From contig JBKPTC010000031.1 of assembly GCA_046735355.1 (NCBI GenBank), positions 159-64,158 on the forward strand: a DNA stretch of 64,000 nucleotides. Direction: 5' to 3'. Positions 58,449 to 64,000 of the stretch are shown here, piece by piece. The notes below the pieces were generated by a model. The model saw nothing but the letters and a program-made list of their open reading frames with translations. It did not search any database and was not told where the DNA came from. How positions within the stretch are numbered: the stretch's first letter is position 1; each line of letters starts with the position of its first letter. This stretch comes from a bacterium. GTDB taxonomy: Bacteria > Actinomycetota > UBA4738 > HRBIN12. The translations under genes and the position numbers were made by a program.

Positions 58449-60194
58449 CCCGAGCCGGTCGGCCGCGATCGCGAACAGCTCGATTGCCGCCGCTCCAAAG
58501 GCCGGCGCGAGGACGACCGCGATCACGGCGTCTTCGACCGACGCGAGCCCCCATCCGAGCCCGGCGACGAACAGCACCGCGAGCACGAGCGGCGCGGCGA
58601 CGAGCACCCGACCGGTCGACGAGTCGAGCGTCGTGTCCGGCGCAGTCGATCCGCCCGCCGACGCGACGACGGCGGCGGAGACGGCCACGCCGTCCCCGAC
58701 GCGCGTCGTCGGCGCGGCCAGCGCGTTGCACAGCGGGGCGACGCACACCGGTGTTCGGTCCGCACCCCGGGGCCGGAACGCGTCGATGTCGATCACGACC
58801 GCCGCTCCGTTCGACCGCGAGACGGCCGCGTCGGCGTCGGAGGCGTACAGCCGCGCGAGCGCGGACCACTCGCGGCGGTGCGCGACGTCCAGGCCGCCCG
58901 GCGGCGGCGGAACGACGACGTAGACGTCCTCGATCCGGTCGGGGGGCACGGACGCGCGGATCACGTTCGCCAGTCGCGTCGCGAGGAACGAGACCGTGTC
59001 GGACGGTGAGTCGACCGGAAAGATCCACGGCGTTCCCGCGTCGGACGCGGAGGCCCACCGCGCGGCGAGCGTCACGTCGTCGACGGCGGGCGTCCCGAGG
59101 TACGGCTTCTCGCGCAGCCACGCCATGCCGGAGCCCGCGAGCATCGCGACGGTCAGCGCGCCGGCGACGCCGAGCACCATCGCGTGCGGCGCGCGCCATC
59201 GCTCGACGAGGACGACGAGCCCGAACGCGGCGAGGATCGGGATCGCGTAGCAGAACGTGATGAACCGATCCGGCGGAAACCATCCCGTCGCCGCGCCGCC
59301 CGCGACGCCGAGCACCGTGACCGCGACCCAGGCCCACAGCGCGCGTCGCGGCCATCCGGTCGGCCGCCCCGCGCCGGCCATCGCGAGCGGGAGCGAGACG
59401 AACTCCACGTACCGCGTCCACCGGTGGATCAGCCGGTCCCGATACGCGTGCGCGAGCGAGCCGGTCAGGCCGGCGCGACGCAGGAACGCGTCCTGCGACG
59501 TGTCGACGCGCAGCACCGGTGGCCCGCCGAGCAGCGTGAGGAGCCCGATCCCGAGCACCGCGCCGCCGCCGCCGCACGCGAGCACGGCGCGCGTCGCCTC
59601 GGCGCGATCGGATCCGTAGGCCAGCGCGCCGGCGAGCACCAGCACGCCGACGCCCACGGCGAAGAACGGCGGATGCGCGAGCGCGCCCGCCCCGAGCAGC
59701 AGCGCGGCCGCCACGACCGAACGACGATCGGCGCCGCCGAGCGCGACGATCGCGCCGAGGAACACGACCGCGAACGCGAGGTTCGACACGTAGCCGGAGG
59801 CGAGATGGGTTGCGAACGTCCCAGCGAGCGCGCCTGCGACGAGCCATCCGGAGCGCGACGCGCCGGCCGCGCGCGCGAGCGCCGCCGATCCGAGCCCGAC
59901 GGCCACGCCGAGCGCGCATTCGGCCCCGGCCACGGCGGCGGGCAAGCCGACGCCGGTCCACCGCAGCACCTCGAGCAGCGCGATCGCTCCGGGGCGCTCG
60001 ACGCGCGACAGTCCGTCGAGCCCGGCGAGCCGTGTCCACCACAGATACACCGGCGCGTCCGGGCCGACCGGGAACCGGTAGCCGCGGAGCGCGAACAGGC
60101 CGCCGAACCACACGAGCAGGCCGAGCGCGAGGCCGAGCATCGCCCACGCGTCCGCGCCGAGGCGCGACCCGCCGGCGGGTGCCCGGGACGACAT
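58341..60194 (-). CDS. Large polytopic membrane protein (617 aa), possibly an envelope glycosyltransferase.
   Basis: ATG at the complement of 60192-60194 (MSSRAPAGGSRLGADAWAMLGLALGLLVWFGG). More than 12 hydrophobic segments. Convergent 108-bp overlap with the upstream gene. Confidence 0.55.
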   Translation of the reverse strand: MSSRAPAGGSRLGADAWAMLGLALGLLVWFGGLFALRGYRFPVGPDAPVYLWWTRLAGLDGLSRVERPGAIALLEVLRWTGVGLPAAVAGAECALGVAVGLGSAALARAAGASRSGWLVAGALAGTFATHLASGYVSNLAFAVVFLGAIVALGGADRRSVVAAALLLGAGALAHPPFFAVGVGVLVLAGALAYGSDRAEATRAVLACGGGGAVLGIGLLTLLGGPPVLRVDTSQDAFLRRAGLTGSLAHAYRDRLIHRWTRYVEFVSLPLAMAGAGRPTGWPRRALWAWVAVTVLGVAGGAATGWFPPDRFITFCYAIPILAAFGLVVLVERWRAPHAMVLGVAGALTVAMLAGSGMAWLREKPYLGTPAVDDVTLAARWASASDAGTPWIFPVDSPSDTVSFLATRLANVIRASVPPDRIEDVYVVVPPPPGGLDVAHRREWSALARLYASDADAAVSRSNGAAVVIDIDAFRPRGADRTPVCVAPLCNALAAPTTRVGDGVAVSAAVVASAGGSTAPDTTLDSSTGRVLVAAPLVLAVLFVAGLGWGLASVEDAVIAVVLAPAFGAAAIELFAIAADRLGLRLSRPGAGWLVLGLAAIAGYGLLFERRRRSDATP

Positions 60195-60270
60195 CAGCGA
60201 CGACCCTCCACCGGACGGCTCGGGCGACACGATCGGACGTTCACAGGGTCGTTGATAGCATCGCGCACCG

Positions 60271-61656
60271 GTGCTCGATCGAGATCTGGCCTCCGAAGTC
60301 CTCCGCGCCGCGCGCACGCGCGGCGGTTCCTTCGCCGAACTGTTCGTCGAGGAGCGGACCTCGGTCTCGATCCGGCTGGACGACGGCAAGGTCGAGGAGC
60401 TCACGACCGGGCTCGACCGGGGGGCCGGCGTCCGCGTCGCGCGCGGCACCTCGTACGGCTACGCGTTCTCGAACCGCCTCGACCGTGAGGCGCTGCTCCA
60501 GGCCGCCGATGCCGCGGCCGCCGCGCTCCAGGGCGACGCGCCCGGCGACGTCGTCGACCTGCGCGAGCAGACGCCGTCGGTCGTGCATCGGGCCCGCGAG
60601 GCGGCCGACTCCGTGCCGGCCGCCGAGAAGGTCGCCTGGCTGCGGGAGGCGGACGACACCGCGCGCGCGTTCGGCGACGAGGTCCGGCAGGTCACCGCGA
60701 GCTACGGCGACTCCCTGCAGCGCGTCCTGATCGCGACGAGCGACGGACGCTTCGTGCAGGAGGAGCGGCCGAGGATCCGCCTCGTCGTGCAGGTCGTCGC
60801 CGCGCGGGGCGACGTCATCCAGACCGGCTTCCACGGTCCGGCCGCGCTCGCCGGCGTGGAGTTCGTCCGCGCGAACCCGCCGTCCGAGGTCGCCACCGTG
60901 GCCGCGCGGCGAGCCGTGACGATGCTCGACTCCGGACCGGCGCCCGCCGGCGAGATGCCGGTCGTCCTGGCTCCGGGCATGGGCGGCGTGCTGTTCCACG
61001 AGGCGGTCGGCCATCCGCTCGAGGCCGACATCGTCGACAAGGAGGCGAGCGTGTATCGGGGCAAGATCGGCGAGACGGTCGCCTCGACGCTCGTGAACGG
61101 GGTCGACGACGCGACGGTGCCGAACGGATGGGGCTCGTTCTCGTTCGACGACGAGGGAGCGCCGGCGCAGCGAACGGTGCTGTTCGAGGACGGCGTCCTC
61201 CGCGGGCTGCTCTACGACCGGCTCCGAGCCGACAAGGACGGCGTTCCGTCGACGGGCAACGGCCGCCGGCAGTCGTACGCGAGCCCGCCGATCGCGCGCA
61301 TGACGAACACGTACATCCTGAACGGCGGTGCCAAGCCCGACGACATCCTGTCGTCGACCGAGCGCGGCGTGTTCGTCACGGCCCTCGGCGGCGGGCAGAC
61401 TAACCCCGCGAGCGGCGACTTCGTGTTCGGCGTGTCCGAGGGCTATCTGATCGACAACGGGAAGGTCGGCAAGCCGGTCCGCGGCGCGAACCTCATCGGC
61501 AGGGCGATGGAGGTCATGTCGAGCATCGACGCGGTGGCCGACGACTTCGAGTCGTGGCAGGGGGTCTGCGGCAAGGACGGCCAGAGCGTCCCGGTCGACA
61601 GCGGTTCGCCGACGCTTCGGATCGCGCGGATGACGGTGGGCGGGACCGGTGCCTGA
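60271..61656 (+). CDS. tldD: TldD/PmbA family metallopeptidase (TldD-like).
   Basis: N-terminal LRAARTRGGSFAELFVEERTSVSIRLDDGKVEEL. C-terminal HExxxH-like region FHEAVGHPLEADI. GGGQTNPASGDFVF. Confidence 0.85.
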   Translation: MLDRDLASEVLRAARTRGGSFAELFVEERTSVSIRLDDGKVEELTTGLDRGAGVRVARGTSYGYAFSNRLDREALLQAADAAAAALQGDAPGDVVDLREQTPSVVHRAREAADSVPAAEKVAWLREADDTARAFGDEVRQVTASYGDSLQRVLIATSDGRFVQEERPRIRLVVQVVAARGDVIQTGFHGPAALAGVEFVRANPPSEVATVAARRAVTMLDSGPAPAGEMPVVLAPGMGGVLFHEAVGHPLEADIVDKEASVYRGKIGETVASTLVNGVDDATVPNGWGSFSFDDEGAPAQRTVLFEDGVLRGLLYDRLRADKDGVPSTGNGRRQSYASPPIARMTNTYILNGGAKPDDILSSTERGVFVTALGGGQTNPASGDFVFGVSEGYLIDNGKVGKPVRGANLIGRAMEVMSSIDAVADDFESWQGVCGKDGQSVPVDSGSPTLRIARMTVGGTGA

Positions 61657-62986
61657 TCTCGGCGAGTTGGTGCGTGCGGCCGTCGAGGGGGCCCAGGGCG
61701 ACGAGGCGGTCGAGGCGTACGCCGAGGAATCGCGCCACACCGAGGTGCGTGCGCATCGCGCCGAGGTCGAGGGGCTCGAGTTCTCCGAGGCGCGCGGGGT
61801 CGGCGTCCGGCTGATCGCGGGCGGACGCCTCGGGTATGCGTACGCGGCCGACCCGTCCGTCGACGAGGTCAGGCGAACCGTCGCACGCGCGAGGGAGAAC
61901 GCGGGGTTCGCGACCGAGGACGAGCACAACGTCCTCGCGACCGGCGAGCGCGCCGAGCCGTTGCCGTCGCTGTTCCGCGAATCGCTCGCGTCGACGGCGA
62001 CCGACCGGAAGGTCGAGATCGCGCTGGAGCTCGAGCGGCTCGCGACCTCGTCAGACGAGCGCGTCCGCAAGGTCGACCACACCGAGGTTGGCGACGCGGT
62101 GTCGCGCGTGGCGATCGCCTCGACGTCGGGCGTCGACGCCGAGTACGCGCGGACCGATTGCTGGGCCGTCGTGGAGGCGCTCGCCGAGGACGGCGAGGAG
62201 ACGCAGGCGGGCTGGTCGTTCCGCGTCGGCCGGGACCTCGACGAGCTCGGCTGGCGCGACGTCGCCGCCGAGGCGGTCGAGCGCGCCGCCCGGATGCTCG
62301 GCGCCACGAAGCCGAACTCCGAGAAGGTCCCCGTCGTCCTCGATCCGTTCGCGGCCTCCAGCTTCCTCGGCGTGCTGGCGGGCGCGTTGTCGGCCGAGGC
62401 GGTCCAGAAGGGACGATCGCTGTTCGCGCAGCTCGTCGGCGAGCGCGTCGGGTCCGAGCTTTTCACGCTCGTCGACGACGGCCGCCTGCTCGACGGTCCC
62501 GCGGCGGCACCGTTCGACGACGAGGGCGTGCCGACCGGACGGACGGAGCTGTTCTCGGGGGGAGTCCTGCGAGGGTTCCTGCACAACAGCTACACAGCGC
62601 ATCGTGGCGGAACGCGCTCGACCGGCAACGCTCGGCGTGCCGGCTACAAGAGCGCGCCCGGCGTCGGGACGTCGAACTTCTATCTGCAGGCCGGCGAGAC
62701 GGCCGTCGAGGAGCTGTTCGAGCGGGCGGACGGCGGCGTCCTCATCCAGGACGTGTCGGGGGTCCACTCGGGCGCGAACCCCATCAGCGGCGAGTTCAGC
62801 GTAGGCGCGACCGGCCTTCGGATCCGCGACGGGTCGCCCGGGGAGCCGCTGCGCGAGATGACGGTCGCGAGCACGCTGCCCGAGATGCTCGCCGGCATCG
62901 CCGCCGTCGGGAACGACCTTCGCTTCTTCACCTCTGTCGGCGTTCCGACCGTCCTCGTCGCCGAGATGACGGTCGCCGGCGTCTGA
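61649..62986 (+). CDS. pmbA: TldD/PmbA family protein (PmbA-like partner).
   Basis: Overlaps tldD by 8 bp. EARGVGVRLIAGGRLGYAYAADPS...GGVLIQDVSGVHSGANPISGEFSVGATG. Confidence 0.85.
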   Translation: MPDLGELVRAAVEGAQGDEAVEAYAEESRHTEVRAHRAEVEGLEFSEARGVGVRLIAGGRLGYAYAADPSVDEVRRTVARARENAGFATEDEHNVLATGERAEPLPSLFRESLASTATDRKVEIALELERLATSSDERVRKVDHTEVGDAVSRVAIASTSGVDAEYARTDCWAVVEALAEDGEETQAGWSFRVGRDLDELGWRDVAAEAVERAARMLGATKPNSEKVPVVLDPFAASSFLGVLAGALSAEAVQKGRSLFAQLVGERVGSELFTLVDDGRLLDGPAAAPFDDEGVPTGRTELFSGGVLRGFLHNSYTAHRGGTRSTGNARRAGYKSAPGVGTSNFYLQAGETAVEELFERADGGVLIQDVSGVHSGANPISGEFSVGATGLRIRDGSPGEPLREMTVASTLPEMLAGIAAVGNDLRFFTSVGVPTVLVAEMTVAGV

Positions 62987-63083
62987 CGCTCTCGCGTCCC
63001 CCGAACGGACCCACCGGTTCGGCCGATTGCCGCGGCCGGTTCGTCGGCGCACCCTTGCCGCACTTCCTCGTCGCGAGGCTTCG

Positions 63084-63707
63084 ATGTCCGTTCACAGCAT
63101 GCCCGACACCGTTCGGGAGGCGATCGAGCCCGGCGAGCCGCTGCTCGTATACCGGCCGCGAGCCTCGGTCGTCGTGTCCGCCTCGGCGCTGTCCATCCTG
63201 CTGGGGATCCTCGCCGGAGCCGGGATCGCGGTCGCCGTCGGTTCGGCCGACGAGACCGTGGTCACCGCCGCGCTCCTGGAGGTGCTCCTCGTCGTTCCGT
63301 TCGCCGTCCTGCTGTGGCGACAGTCGCGCGTGCGGCTGGACGTCGGCGCGTCGTCGATCCGCGCGGTGAACTATTTCTCGTCGTTCGTCCTGGACTGGCG
63401 CGAGATCGCCCGGTTCGAGCCGGGGCGCTCGTCGATCGGCATCGTCGCCGAGCTTCGCGACGGTTCGAGCGTTCGGCTGAGCGCCGTCCAGCGGCCGAGG
63501 TTCGCATCGTGGCTCGGGTCGCCCACCGAGGCGGACGCCGCCGTCCACGAGCTCAACCGGTGGCTGTACCGCCTGCGGTGGGAGACGACGTCCCGTCGCG
63601 CCTCACAGGCCGCCCGCCGGACGGATCCCGAGCGCGATGACCGCGAAGACCAACGCCGCGATCGCGAGCCGGTACCACATGAAGATCGCGAAGTCTCGCC
63701 GTCGTAG
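63084..63707 (+). CDS. Membrane protein with a bacterial PH-like domain. The C-terminus overlaps uppP antisense; the end is uncertain.
   Basis: MSVHSMPDTVREAIEPGEPLLVYRP, then two TM segments (ALSILLGILAGAGIAVAV; LLEVLLVVPFAVLLW), then a soluble ...SVRLSAVQRP region. Confidence 0.45.
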   Translation: MSVHSMPDTVREAIEPGEPLLVYRPRASVVVSASALSILLGILAGAGIAVAVGSADETVVTAALLEVLLVVPFAVLLWRQSRVRLDVGASSIRAVNYFSSFVLDWREIARFEPGRSSIGIVAELRDGSSVRLSAVQRPRFASWLGSPTEADAAVHELNRWLYRLRWETTSRRASQAARRTDPERDDREDQRRDREPVPHEDREVSPS

Positions 63708-64000
63708 GTAGCCGAGCAGGAACCAGATCACCAGGAACCCGCTGACCGCGCTCGCGACCATCCCCCACAGGAACGGCGCCGCCATCCCCGTCGGCATCCC
63801 GTTCCGCACGAGATCGAGCCCCTTGAACACACCCGCGCCGGCGATGATCGGGATCGAGAGCAGGAACGAGAACCGTGCGGCGCCCGTCCGGTCGAACCCC
63901 ATGCCGCGTGCCGCGGTGATCGTCACGCCCGAGCGCGACACGCCGGGCTGCAGCGCGACCGCCTGGGCGACGCCGAGCACGAGTCCGTCGCGAACGGTGA
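63603..64000 (-). CDS. uppP: Undecaprenyl-diphosphate phosphatase (UppP/BacA), C-terminal part. The gene continues past the window end.
   Basis: ...VSRSGVTITAARGMGFDRTGAARFSFLLSIPIIAGAG...FLWGMVASAVSGFLVIWFLLGYL matches the conserved UppP C-terminal motifs. Confidence 0.8.
   Translation of the reverse strand, partial: TVRDGLVLGVAQAVALQPGVSRSGVTITAARGMGFDRTGAARFSFLLSIPIIAGAGVFKGLDLVRNGMPTGMAAPFLWGMVASAVSGFLVIWFLLGYLRRRDFAIFMWYRLAIAALVFAVIALGIRPAGGL

Overview
This is a high-GC (about 70%) actinobacterial-type chromosomal window, densely coding on both strands. Most six-frame ORFs are R/P-rich antisense artefacts. I kept only frames with recognisable family motifs, RBS or stop-start coupling support, or coding-like third-position GC. 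Three parts stand out. (1) 1-9.7 kb is a mosaic accessory stretch: truncated sensor kinase, cupin, secreted metzincin, MgtC, small membrane proteins, and an unplaced protein beside a topoisomerase-type zinc-ribbon mini-protein and a STAS protein. Several genes there look frameshifted or truncated, and two gene starts carry the same 20-bp GGCCCCAAG-at-GGCCCCAAG motif. (2) An ECF sigma/anti-sigma/serine-hydrolase operon and a 1292-aa BTAD-cyclase-like-NB-ARC-TPR regulator lead up to a ~20.4-kb carbohydrate-utilisation block. The block runs from Zn-ADH, Gfo/Idh/MocA, GH1 and galactokinase through a sugar ABC transporter, two xylose-isomerase-like TIM-barrel enzymes, GH2, AKR, epimerase, GH43 and a MalK-like ATPase to a LivJ-like binding protein. 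It is bracketed by a 45-nt near-perfect copy of the 3' end of a tRNA-Arg(CCT) gene at 17969-18013 and the intact tRNA at 38596-38667 (minus strand). A second, more degenerate 3'-fragment copy lies at 38445-38488. This is the signature of tandem genomic-island insertion at a tRNA, though no integrase survives. (3) The right third is core-like: aminotransferase, a second ECF sigma/anti-sigma pair, a DDAH-like enzyme, a truncated globin, GH43, an eRF1-like protein, MFS, glucan phosphorylase, split LigD, RlmN, AI-2E, envelope proteins, TldD/PmbA and UppP. Other points: two tandem-repeat loci (32-bp-period palindromic repeats in a divergent promoter; a 30-bp perfect tandem duplication), a shared promoter-like motif upstream of both ECF sigma genes, and the eRF1-like protein carrying GGW where eRF1 has GGQ.
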